Assembly: GCF_006345805.1 (NCBI RefSeq)
Contig: NW_021832221.1
Location: 62,001 to 126,000 of the forward strand
DNA from: Octopus sinensis
Lineage: Eukaryota
Length of the DNA: 64,000 nucleotides
Direction of reading: 5' to 3'
The first letter of the stretch is position 1; every line of letters begins with the position of its first letter. Both the position numbers and the translations under genes were made by a program. Shown here one piece after another: positions 51,101 to 62,729 of this stretch. The notes below the pieces were generated by a model. The model did no database searches. It worked only from the letters and a program-made list of their open reading frames with translations, and was not told the origin of the DNA.

Positions 51101-54100
51101 GTCGCGGACGTTCGTAAACAGCATTTCATCCTCCTCCAACTCTGCACGCAAATCTTCCTCTTCTTTGATGGCAAGCATCTTCTGTACTTGGAGATTCTCC
51201 CGAGTGGCCTCCAACTGGCATAATACAACTCAATCACCTCCTCTTCGATTATCACCTCGGCCGGCTCATCCACCACTCCCAACTCTTCTTTCCGGAATTT
51301 CAACGCGTATAGTTCGACTCCAGTCATCTCACAATTAATCATCAACTATACTTCGCCAAGAACTCTCTCAGTCTCTTCATCTGACCCTTCACGACTACCC
51401 TCCTCCTGCACTACCTCCTCAAAGTCCTGTCTGAATTCGTCCAGTTGTTCCTTGTTCAGCATTTTTGCGGCCATCACGTCGTCGTCCTCCTCTGCCTCCA
51501 CCATCGCCTGAGGTCACGTCAATGCCCTCACCTGATTGAGCTGATCCTCATTGACATCCTCAGAGGACGTGGGAGTAGTCGAGACAGTGCTGGAGAACAA
51601 ATCAAGAATAGAGTGCTGAGTCAGTCCATGCCCTGAGAACTTGCCGCCCTCAATTGATATATCCACCAGCATTTTCTTTTCGTTGGCCCTTCGCAAAATG
51701 TTTTCCTCGACAGTCTTGTCACTCACAAGTCTGCACATTGTGGTGGTGGGATACCTGTAGATGTGGACATCCCGAGTCTGGCCTATTCGGTGGCACCTGT
51801 CCTGTGCCTGCGTGTCCATAGTAGGATTCCAATCACTGTCGTAAAAAATGACAGTGTCAGCCCCTGTCAAGTTTATTCCAATGCCCCCAGCACGAGTAGA
51901 CAGAATGAACACAAAAATGCGAGGATCCCCGTTGAACAGATCCATCATGTTCTACACTCACACAGTCAGGCAAACCTGTCGATCGTCAATTTTGGTGGAC
52001 CCATCTAATCGCAGGTATCTGTATCCATAATAAGCGAGGAACTGCTCCAGAATGTCCAGCATTCTCGTCATTTGAGTAAAGATCAATGTCCTGTGCCCCT
52101 CACTCTTGAGTCGTCGCAACAGATGGTTCAGAGTTTGCAATTTCCCTGTGGAATAAAGAGTGGCCTCACCGCAGTCATATTGAATCAGACGTTTGTCGGG
52201 AAACGTAACCAATGATCTACTTGCCACCACATGCATGTCGGCCAAGTGCCTGTTCACAACTCCTCCAAACACAGTCTCCAACACATCCAAAGGAGACTTC
52301 GTAAATTGCCTGAACGTGCGCAAGATGACTGGTTTGGACCTGATTCTGCTCGTGACAAACACGAATCTGCCGAATGACATATCACTATGACTTGTCAATA
52401 GTCTCAAGGTGGTTGGAAAGAGCGGAAACCGGCCTTTTCACGGCATTCCAGAGGGCGTCGGTCGTCGACATGAACAAATCTGTTCTGTCCAGACTATCAA
52501 TCCTTTGTAGTGCCGATATTGTCAGAATTTGTTGGGAGTTTGTGCACCTTCGATGAATGTCTGTCGCCAACAACAAATCCCGCCCGTAGATTGGCTTCAT
52601 TACTCTCAGAAGGGTGTTCCTGTGATTGCAGACACCAATTCTGTCCAATTTTAGTTTATTCCACGTCTCCCGCCGATTTTGTGCAGTCAATGTCTATTCA
52701 GTCTCAGTCCAGAACACTACCACTCTCGGAGAGGTCGTTGGCTCGGTGGGGACAGCCACAAGGCGGTTGAAATTATGCGAAAAACCACGAAGGACTGAAG
52801 GGGCACAACACAGGGCCGTTTAGAACAACTGTCGAGGACACGGCCTGCCAATTAGTGAATACAGCACTACTGGATTCGCCGAGACGTTTGGAATGACTGA
52901 CCAATGGTCGATTAATCTACTATCCAATTACTAAATCTACTTGAGTGAACGTGTCCTGACATATTTGGAGAGTAAATTGAGGAGGGCGAAAAGGGAGTGG
53001 AGGAATATTATCAATGTCATCCACCAAATCGGCACTCACCATCAGTTTCTGTATGCACTCGACATGAAAAGAGGAATATTCTTCCATGGACACTAAATTA
53101 GTCACTCCCAAGATGTCAGTTTTCTACACACTCACAACACAACCAACATTGAACGAGGCGAGTGCTTGAGTGACGAGAGGGGAAGTATTATAAACAAGGG
53201 GAATGGCTGAGAATGGGGAGATGGTTGGACGAGTCTCAAACAGGTCGGGATGATTGCAGACTTTCCTCAGGGACATGAGAACATTAATCACTGCCATGAG
53301 GTTGCAACTCTTCAACGTCTCCTGAGTTCTACAACACTCGCCAATCTGAGGAATACGCTGCCTGCGACATAAAGTCATCATAGAGGAATCTCTGTCGTCG
53401 AGACAGTCTGCATATCACCACATGCTCGTGTTTTTTGGGGAGTTGTTTCTCCACGTCGGATTTGAGGCGTCTTAGAATGAATGGTCTCAACACCTAACAA
53501 TCAGATGGACAATTACTTTGTGAAGTCGACCGACCAGTTTCTCGTTGTACTCCTTAGTCCCCTCAATGATCCCCGTCAGAGGAGTAGAGAACCAGTCTTT
53601 GAAATCGCAATACGACTGGAAGACGTATGGCATCAGAAAGTGCATCAAAGACCACAACTCCATCAAATCATTCTGGAGGGGAGTCCCCGTCAGCAGCAAT
53701 CTACGTTGACTGTGAAAGTTTAGAAGCATCTGCCATCGCTTGGATTTGAAATTTTTGATGTTTTGTGCCTACACGTGATTACTCAACCAACTTCGTCGAG
53801 TATCATGTACCGCCATCGCTTCCTCCGAAATGGGAGATTATCTTGGAGTACTATTCGGTAGGACGTGATGCACACATGGAAGGCATTAGTCTTACACCAC
53901 CCCTAACATGGGTCACTCATAAACACCTTCCTCTTCTCCCTGCGATCGGCCACACTTCCATAGTAAGACAATATCTTGAAGGCAGGACACCACTTCTTGA
54001 ACTCGAGGTCCCAATTGATGAGGACACTCGTAGGCACAATGATCAGGTGAGGCCCCCAAATGCCCTCCTCGTACGCCAAATGGGCCAACAGGGCGATTGT

Positions 54101-55403
54101 CTGGATTGTCTTGCCCAAACCCATCTCATCGGCCAATATTCCATTCAGTCTGTTTTTGTGGAGAGTCACCAGCCAATTCAATCCCACCATTTGGTACTCA
54201 CGCAGTTGATTACGTAATAATTGAGGGTGATCAACCGACACCTCACATCACACAAAACTGTACTTCAGTCGACGTCAATGTGAATCCCGAAGGCTTCAAC
54301 ACATCCGCGGACTCTGCAATCTGAGTGATATCTTCCGCGTTCGCATTATCCGACATATCCCCCAAAACTGCTGGCCTCCCTTCAACTTGTTTCATTTCCT
54401 CAATTCGTTCTGCAATGCTGGCTGTGGGGATTACTCGATTTGAATCCCTCTGACAACAGAGAGGAGTACTGCTCGGTTTGGTCCACCAACAGATTGAGAT
54501 GGTAGTTTATCGTCTTCTTCTTTATGGCTGCCTCCTGACTGGAAGACAAGTGTTTCATCACCTACCAATCTACACTCCACTCCAACCTTGTCAATCTGAT
54601 TCCAAAAGTTCTTGATAAGACGGGCTTGTTCCAAAGCAAGTCTTTTGAGTCTCTGAACTTCAAGTCGGTCGTCCCTTTCTTTATTTTGAGGACCATTGAG
54701 CACATGTCTCATACAGACTTTGGCAAACTGCGGAAACTCAGACAATATTCAATACCTTTCTGGCAGCCACAACCTTCCAGTGCCTCTCTTGCCCAAAGTC
54801 GTTGGACATCCACCGCATTTCTCCCAGCATCCAATCCCAGTGGGTTTTGACTCGTCGAGCCTCCTTTAGTTTTGGAAGTTGTTTGATCGACCAAAGTCCG
54901 CGTTGTCTTAACTCGGCCACTCTCTTCAGCACTGCCGCCTCCTAGACATCCCCACTCCTACTATACGTGTTTGGCCTGTTCAACAATCGTCTTGCTCTCT
55001 GCTGTCCCCTGCCCCTCCTCTCCGTTGATGTCACTTCGGAGGTTTATTTGTTCCATGTGACTTGGTGGCTCTGTGTTTAGAATTATGCCTCTTTTCTATA
55101 TTTAGAGTTGAGGACTCGATTATAAACCAGGAGAGCCTTTTCGATTGAGGACACATCCTCGTCCAGCTTGAAATTAGAAAAGAACTCGTTGGTGCCAATT
55201 TGAGAAACATTGTCCGTTTTTTCGTGTTTTTTGAGGAATAATTCGACAATATTTTGGTTGTAGCTCTCTCGAAGGGTAGTGATCTTGGAGACAATGTGGG
55301 ACTCAATCATTCGCTGTCTCTTGGCAATACTGGAAGGGCTTATTCTTGTCCGGGAAATCTTGTTTTGTGGCTTGGAATTTCTTGAGGTTGTTTCAGAAGG
55401 CAT
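48138..55403 (-). CDS. dom: domino / SRCAP-EP400 SWR1-family chromatin remodeller; HSA, split SNF2 ATPase, then two alternative C-termini
   Basis: [25 protein letters not shown] (HSA); [83 protein letters not shown]; AT-hook-like exon to TAG 50588; SANT-like [12 protein letters not shown]...NW...IGPREEGK near 50030-49800. Confidence 0.93.
50434..50536 (-). ncRNA. About 100-nt imperfect hairpin (pre-miRNA-like or cis-regulatory) in the long domino intron
   Basis: Nested complementary blocks 50434-39/50531-36, 50442-46/50521-25 and a perfect 11 bp 50450-60/50504-14; inner pairs work as G-U only on the minus (sense) strand. Confidence 0.55.
50536..50541 (-). promoter_or_regulatory. AATAAA poly(A) signal for the short (AT-hook) domino isoform
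   Basis: About 47 nt downstream of TAG 50588-50590 on the minus strand; followed by GU-rich sequence. Confidence 0.55.
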
Positions 55404-56209
55404 TCGTGGCTAGTCTAATATAAAAATAGTTAATGTTAATTATTAATGATATTTAATGATCAAATAATAATTAGTAAATTTTAAATATTTAAATAACTTA
55501 TATATCACTGAAATAAAACACAACCAGGAAACTGTTAAAGAAAACACAACCAGAATAACTTTTAAATAAACTTTTTAATTTAATTCCAAGTATATTTAAA
55601 TAAAAAAATGTATAGTTTATATTCACGAAGTACCGTTTTTATTTAGCTATTTACCCCAGATTTTTGACTTTAGATGCTGTGAATGGTTGATTTGAGCGAG
55701 TTTGTTTAGGTCAACAAAAGTGGAAATAAAACAGAGCTTTAGGAACACCATTAAAGAGGTGGCCGAACTGTTTGTCAAAATAAAATGAGTTAGTCAGATC
55801 TTCAAAAAGTCGTGGATATTCTAAGATTGGATTTTGTTACTAAAAATAAGACGAAATTTGCAGTCAAATACTTTTCAACGTAATTGAAACAAGGACTGTA
55901 TATTTTTGCAAATTTAAATCGTTAATGAAAATATTATAAGACTTAAAGGTTGACAATTTTATCAAATTCTTAAGAATGACATCATATTAAATATATCTAT
56001 AAACCTGGCCAGATTATTTAATATTGCTAACAATTGTAATATTTATAGAAATTGTTAGTAACACGATAATTGAATAGGATTCCTGGAGGAGTGATTGTCA
56101 GCGACGATGGACTACAAGATATGAAACTTTAACTCTATGTATCATGGCTTTTAACTGAACTTAGTTCATAGCAACTTAATTAAAGTGGGTCTGTTTTGTG
56201 AGGACGCTG

Positions 56210-57810
56210 TTCTTGCTTTATCTGAAGACATGCGATTCAGTTTATTATGTCACCACCCTTATTAAGTAATTTTCAATATTTTCAAAATTCAGGGCAATTT
56301 GTGATTTTTCGAATGTTCGAATAAAAAAATTAAGAGATTCAACCCAAATTCAACCCAAACTAGACCTCATCTCAAATCAATTGTATGCTCACTCGATCTT
56401 CAGGAGGCTTTTGATTCAGTCTCCAGAAAGATACTGACTCAAACAATATTTGGCCTATCCATCGACTCGAACATAAAACTTTGGCTTTCGAATTTCCTCA
56501 GCGGAAGGAGAGGGCGTGTATGCCTGAATGGAATCAAATCAATCTCAAGATTGCTTCCAAATAGCGTTCCCCAAAACTCCCCCCCTTTCTCCTGCTTTAT
56601 TCAATTTATACCAATCCGACATTCGTAACCCTGAAATGGAAGAGTTAATCATTCTCGCCTATGCCGACGACCTACTCATTGGATCACGTAATCAAGGCCT
56701 CTTGAAACCTGCCAAAAGAGCACAAGATCTCTTATTACAAATTCGAACTTGACTATATCAAAACAGGATGAACATCTCCCCCGAAAAATCGTCCACTACC
56801 CTATTTACGTAACACAAGAGACTCGGAAGCCGTACTGTTGATCTTTTTATGCACAACAAAAAGATCCCATTCACAAAGAACTTTAAAATTCTGGGCGTCA
56901 TTTTTGACACCCACGTGTGTTTTACTGCCCATTTAGAGAAGGCCATCAAATCCAGTCAGAGAAAGATTGCACTAAAGATGGAAAGGGCTTCTTAGCTATC
57001 CAACAAGACCACCTGTCAAAAGACCAAGACGTTAGCAACGAGAAGCACATCACCTCGATTTAATTCCTCACAAAAACTGTTCCTCGCCCGTCCCGCACCT
57101 ACGTTTTGTCCAGAGTCCAACTCGGGAAAAGCTGAGAAAGATTTTGATGATTGTTTGAATCACCTAATTAATTACCCTAACTATAAACTGACTGGATGTG
57201 TGATTGCTTTGTAATTAATTTAAAGAAGGTTATAATCATTAGAGAGACCACTAATGATTAAAAAATATTTAAATATACAATACACTTTCAACTTATGAGA
57301 CAAGTCGCTCAGTAGTTTGGTTGACGATCCTCCAATACAAGAACTGGTTTTAATGAAGTGCATATTAAAAAGATAAATTCGAGAATTCCTCTTTTTCGGG
57401 AAATGGATTTTTTGGAATATTTTCCAAAATTTTCTCCATCGAATGTACAGTCTTACGGCTCTTTAATTTAAAATAAGCAATTCTTCAAAAATGTATTTTT
57501 ACGTCACAGTCACATTAGTTTATTAAGTCAGCAAATGTAGAACATTTGAAAACATTATAATTAAGAGGTATGACTCATAATTTATTTTCACTCAAGCTGA
57601 GACGAAACACTTGTTATTGATGCCTGCTAAGGAGGTAGCCCCTATTTTGATTTGTACGATCGTAAAATATTGTTTATTAATTCGTTTTCTCCATTTAAAA
57701 GATATTTCTTGCTTTAACTGAAGACATGCAACATGCGATTCAGTTTATTATGTCACCACCCTTATTAAGTAATTTTCAATATTTTCAACATTCAGGGCAA
57801 TTCGAATGTT
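56210..57810. repeat. About 95-bp direct repeat pair (about 56210-56300 and 57710-57805)
   Basis: CATGCGATTCAGTTTATTATGTCACCACCCTTATTAAGTAATTTTCAATATTTTCAA identical in both copies. Confidence 0.85.
56330..57100 (+). mobile_element. Non-LTR RT fragment
   Basis: DLQEAFDSV, LSPALFNLY, YADDLLI, ILGVIFD. Confidence 0.8.
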
Positions 57811-58049
57811 TGACGCTCAACATTGGAGTAATTTATTTTCACATGTTCGAAACATTTTTGATTACCAGAGGATTCTACTGTAAGTTGACGTTTTTATGAG
57901 TAATTTAATTAGTTTTTTTTTACCAAAAATTTTAAAAGTCAATATTTGGATTAATGAGAAAACAAATTAAGTTAGGAATGTACAGAGGGGAAAATTCCGG
58001 GTGGTTTATACTGACTTCCGTCCTACTCCCCTGAAGCACTTTATAAATT

Positions 58050-58235
58050 CCGGGTAGGCTAAAGCACGCACCCTCCTGCGGAAAGTACCGCATGCGTGTT
58101 GCCACGGAGAATGGCGATGGATATCCGCTGAAATAGCCACGAAACCTCGCGTGGCTCTTTTGTCTTGTGGGCCAATTTCCTCCCGATGTCGCTGATAAAG
58201 GCCGAGGTTAGAGACCCTGCGACGCCCGATGGTAA
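58050..58235 (-). mobile_element. CRE 3' fragment
   Basis: SGVAGSLTSAFISDIGRKLA...SWLFQRISIAILRGN. Confidence 0.8.
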
Positions 58236-58559
58236 AAAATATATATAATTAGTTAAGACTGAGTAATTTAAAATAAGAAATTCTTTTTTTAGTTGAAATA
58301 GTATTAAGAGTATCACACAAAGTGCATGATACTGCAAAGTTATATACCTCTGAAAACACAAAATCGATGTAGCTGCCTTGCAAAAAACCAGATTAACACC
58401 TTTCTCTATTACTCCCTCATGGTAATCTACAATTTTAGTCAATGTATAAATCTCGACGTATAAACAATACATTTTAAATAAATTATTTAAACAAATTAAA
58501 GGATTCAACTCAAACTTCTCAAAGATATCCAAGTTAAAGAACTTTTTAATTTGCGGAGA

Positions 58560-59050
58560 CTTGAACGCAAAGCACCCGACTTGGTTTTAATCCCAACGGG
58601 TAGACTCAAGAGGATGGTCTCTATTGGAACAACGCATGTGGAATGCTCTCAAAAAGTTCAGACCTGCCAACCATTGCACAGACTCAGAACAGAAAAGTCA
58701 ACCTGAATTGAGTAAACTCATGAAATTCTACGCCGGAATCAGCCACAAGAATCATCTAAAGATAACTCATATTATGTAACCAAAAAACCAAAGAAATAAA
58801 ATACACCCACCTATATATCCCCTACTGAAGTTGCAGCGTTGATTACCAGTACAAAATCATACCTATCCTGTGGACCAGACTTGATTCCAACAACCTTGCT
58901 AAAGCACCTTGGTCCTATCGGAATTGATGCAGTGATAAACATTTTCAACTATTCCGTTAACCAGAATCAAATACCAAATATATGAATATAGACCCATCTC
59001 ACTTTTATGTTCAATTCCAAAGATTCTTGAAAACTTGATTAACCATCACT
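58560..59050 (+). mobile_element. Non-LTR fragment (pre-RT linker and RT start)
   Basis: SCGPDLIPTTLLKHLG, RPISLLCSIPKILE. Confidence 0.7.
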
Positions 59051-59676
59051 TTTTTTCACATAAAATTTGTCATTATTAGCTATAGTGCAATTTTTTTTAA
59101 TTCAAAGTATTTATTGATGAATTATTAGAGAAGTTAACTAAATTAGATGAGTCGCCGAGCCGATGGACAGGCAATTTCCACGTAATATCGCGAACGATAA
59201 CCGCTGAAAAAGCCAGCTTGTTTCACGACTGTCGTGGCATAAATGATTAAACCAATCTCTGAGAGGAGTGTAATTTTAATAACATTTATTTAAAATTCAT
59301 GAATGTAATTGATGGAAAATAGGTTAAAGAGAGTAACAGATTTCAAAAAAGTTATCATTATAAAACATGTAAAATTAAAAAAATAATAAGTGTTTCATGA
59401 CTTATTTGTCCCACTGTATATCAACATACGTGAGGTTGTGAATATCTAAATTTGTCAGTGTGGTAACCAAATTGGATCCAAAATAAAAAACGAATCTAAT
59501 TCATAACAGTTCTGGAAGATCTCAGACGAACATGGCATGGGCCACACAAGATAAATCACAGAGATTACGGTGTTTCTGGAATTAAACACAGACAGCGAGA
59601 TTTATTAATTATTCAAAAATTATTTTTAATTTTGTAAGGAATCAGTGACAAAGTGAATATTATTGCGCTTGTTGTG

Positions 59677-60194
59677 ATGGCTAACCTCAGCATTCGAGCA
59701 TTTTATGTTTTCAACCCAAACCACAGAAATAAGGAAACGGTTCGAACTGACTATTAATAATAAAACACAGCACCAGTGCTATAATTATTATTACTTTCCC
59801 GATCACGACATTAAAGAACAAAACAGACGAATAAATCTGACAGATTCCCTAATAAGTTACTCCAGGTAGACACTGCCAGTTTACGAATGAGGGACATTTC
59901 TGGAAACACGTCACCTCACCCCAAAACTGAGTGTATTTGGACTAAAAAAGAGTGTATGGTTCTCTATCAGCCAAAAGAACCTGTTTGGATGGCATTGGTC
60001 GATTATTTTTATTTTTATCTGATTAGGCTGCCTCCTACATTGACGAGGGTGCCCGGCCACGCGAGACGATTTCTCGTTTTTTGAAATTTTTTATTAAAAA
60101 AGTGAGTGATCTCTTTAAAGTAAAACTCGACATAATTAAAAAGCCCAGTTTTTTGAGGGAGACATTTGCAATCACCTCGAAATGTGCAGAATAA
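59677..60194 (+). CDS. CCZ1: CCZ1-like protein reduced to a single longin domain (143 aa, 4 exons)
   Basis: Exons 59677-59739, 59771-59865, 59892-59997, 60027-60194 give an open frame: RAFYVFNP...YYYFP...RRINLTDSLISYSR...YQPKEPVWMAL, resembling the CCZ1 N-terminus FFIFNP...LFYHP...IRNVGLCEAIVQFTR...EPEENFWMVM. Confidence 0.65.
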
Positions 60195-60205
60195 ATGTCC
60201 TCAAT

Positions 60206-61162
60206 TCATTCTTTTCTCGGGTTTTTGTCATTTTTGTCTAAAATTAGTACTTTGAGGGCAGAACGTTGACAGTCACCACCGAGGACCTCCTTCCCGGAAT
60301 ACAACTCGCCCCATTGACTAGTCGCCATCGTTTCCTGTTGATGGGATATGTCGAATATTTGCAATACAATATGCCTTCCTGTGAGGGGATAGTCCTCACT
60401 TTTGGAAGGGATCTTGTCATGTAATTCGTGGAGGTGACTCATGTGAAGGTCAACCCTGAACGAGTCAGATACAGCCATTTTCTATTATTTCTTCTACCAT
60501 GATTTGAATCGAATGGAAATTGAAGAATTTGACTTTTTAAATGCCACTGAGGCAAAAATCGAGGACTCCCCTCTGATCCCCGTTTTCCTGGGAGTCACTG
60601 ACCTCGTCCCCTGTTGGCTTGTCATGAGAAGATTTCTTGATAATCAAATATTTTTCTTCTTCTTGAAAACTGGTTTTATATTTTGAGTTTTCAGTTCAGA
60701 GTCTTTGGATGAGAACCTTTCTTATGTTGAGTCTGAAATGAGTTCGTTTTCCCTCTTGTCGACAGAATCCCTCAAATCGAGACTCCCTCATCAAATTGTC
60801 CCCAAGCCAAGAATGAGATGTCAGTCCAAATTCTTTTATTATTTGTCCCAAGCACAGTTTGTCGAGTCAGTAATTGCTTGTCCTCCACAGGAGAGTATTT
60901 CCTCTCGTGTGGTAGAAGATATTAATCAATTACTCAACATGGAGCGGTTGGGGGTCCTCTAATTTGGCAGTGAGTGTGGGTTGTGGAGTATTTTAAGCAG
61001 ACTTTGTCGTATTCCATTCTCTACGTGCGTGTGTTTAGGAAAGAATTGGTTGTGTGTATTTATTGTGAACCCAAACAAGCGATCGAGCGGATTAAATGTT
61101 TTTTCTCGTTTTGCTTGTTGTAGATGAATTAAAGAGTCGCTGCGTCGATTTAGAACATGCAA
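60206..61162 (-). CDS. Hypothetical multi-exon gene(s); C-terminal part possibly C2-like
   Basis: GC-richer coding-like segment between CCZ1 and NDUFC2; ORFs 60959-61162 and 60206-60478; exon chain not resolved. Confidence 0.35.
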
Positions 61163-61312
61163 ATGCGATCTGCAGAATTATTGATAATTGTGCATTTTAA
61201 TAAAATATTTTTGCATTTATCCGACTGTGACAAATTATAATTATTTTATTGTAAGGAATAGTGAAATTATTATTTGAATGATATTCTAATATTATTCTTT
61301 TCTGGTTGTTGC

Positions 61313-61737
61313 ATGGGCGAGTCAGTCACTCAATCAGTCCCAAAATGTGTTTTATTTTAAATTAATTTAAAGTTGACAATTTGTACAATAAGCATGAACG
61401 GCTGTACTACCCCACAGTAGTATCATGTTTTGTCGGCTCTATTACCGGCTTGGTATATAACTACTTTGCAAGAAAGCCGATCGCCTTGGGAGGTTATAAG
61501 TCGCCTCCACATTTTTAGGTGTGTGGAAGATCCCAGTCGGATTATCCGTTGGGTACTTAATCGGGGACAAAATTGATAAGTTTCTATTTAACAGAAAGAA
61601 GTTGGACTATCAGATCATGTTGGATTACATCGAAAAGCATCCCGAGGACTTTCCCGAGCTCGGTTCGGACTGATTTGCTAATATTAGAAACCAAGTTATA
61701 TAGATATCATTTTGCCGATTGGACCCCAACCCGTTGA
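61313..61737 (+). CDS. NDUFC2: NADH:ubiquinone oxidoreductase subunit C2 (B14.5b)
   Basis: Introns 61349-61371, 61493-61518, 61663-61687 give GSITGLVYNYFARKPIALG...MLDYIEKHPEDFPELETKLY...WTPTR; HPEDFPE is the family hallmark. Confidence 0.85.
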
Positions 61738-62329
61738 TAATAACAATTAAAAACTTTCCCTTTTTGCACTAAATTATATTTTTACTAATTAAGGCAAATG
61801 AACTTCCTTTCGTCCCTCTCTTGTATTATGGATTTATATTCCTGTTTTGGGAGTGGCCATCTTTGCCAAATTATTAATTTAGCTCAAAAACAGTTTATAA
61901 ATAACCAGTGATCTTGTAGGTGAGATCGTCCAATATCGAAATTCTCCTTTTTTAGGTTTTACTGTTTTAATAAACACGCTTCGTTGATTTCGGTTATCAC
62001 GTAATTTATCTTCAAATTTAAATTGGATGTACCTTTAGGGAAAGACTCCTGTCGTATCATAGTTAAGTCAGCGGCAGACTTTCACTTGTTGAATGTAATT
62101 GCTAATTCTTATAAATACAGTTTGAACCTAAATGAACTAAACTGAATTATTGCATCTATTTCATCTAATTATGTCACCGTTTAACTTTTAATTAATTTAC
62201 TGTGAAGTAGTTTGAGGATTAGACCAATTGTGATCCTTAACATTGATTTGTGGTCTCCTCTAATAAAGGAAATAAATGATCAGTTCTTATTAAAATTGGC
62301 CTTCAGTGACTGCCCAAATTAGTGAAATA

Positions 62330-62600
62330 GATCTCTCTCAACACTCTCATGATCTCGTCTGGGGGACTGGGTTTCATGGGTCTTGCGTGTGAACTAGCTT
62401 CAGCGCATTGTGCTGTATTTTATCACATTTCAGCAGGTTTTTCTAGTATTGCTGGGAGTAGAATCACGCTTCCATTCTATAAAGAAGACTGGGCAGGATA
62501 GTTGCCTGAAAGGAGAGAGAAAGGTACTTGGATCCAGACGCATACTTTTTAAAGACGGAGAGAGCGATAGTTTTTCATCTTTTCTGCTTGATTAGGTAGT
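62330..62600 (-). mobile_element. Non-LTR 3' fragment (family of 18900 and 28480), with stops
   Basis: LPSLLYRMEA...KCDKIQHNALKL. Confidence 0.6.
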
Positions 62601-62729
62601 AACCCGAGTTAGCGTCGATTGTAAATTCCGGGTAGCGTAAGCAGTTAGGCCCAGCAATTTTTACTAGAGGCTCGGTCTCTAATCTGGTTACTTTTTTGCG
62701 TTGATTTAGATTTAGGAAGATTTGTCCAT

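Noticed and set aside
61790-62100. Possible minus-strand gene downstream of NDUFC2
   Set aside because: Candidate micro-introns did not give one continuous frame.
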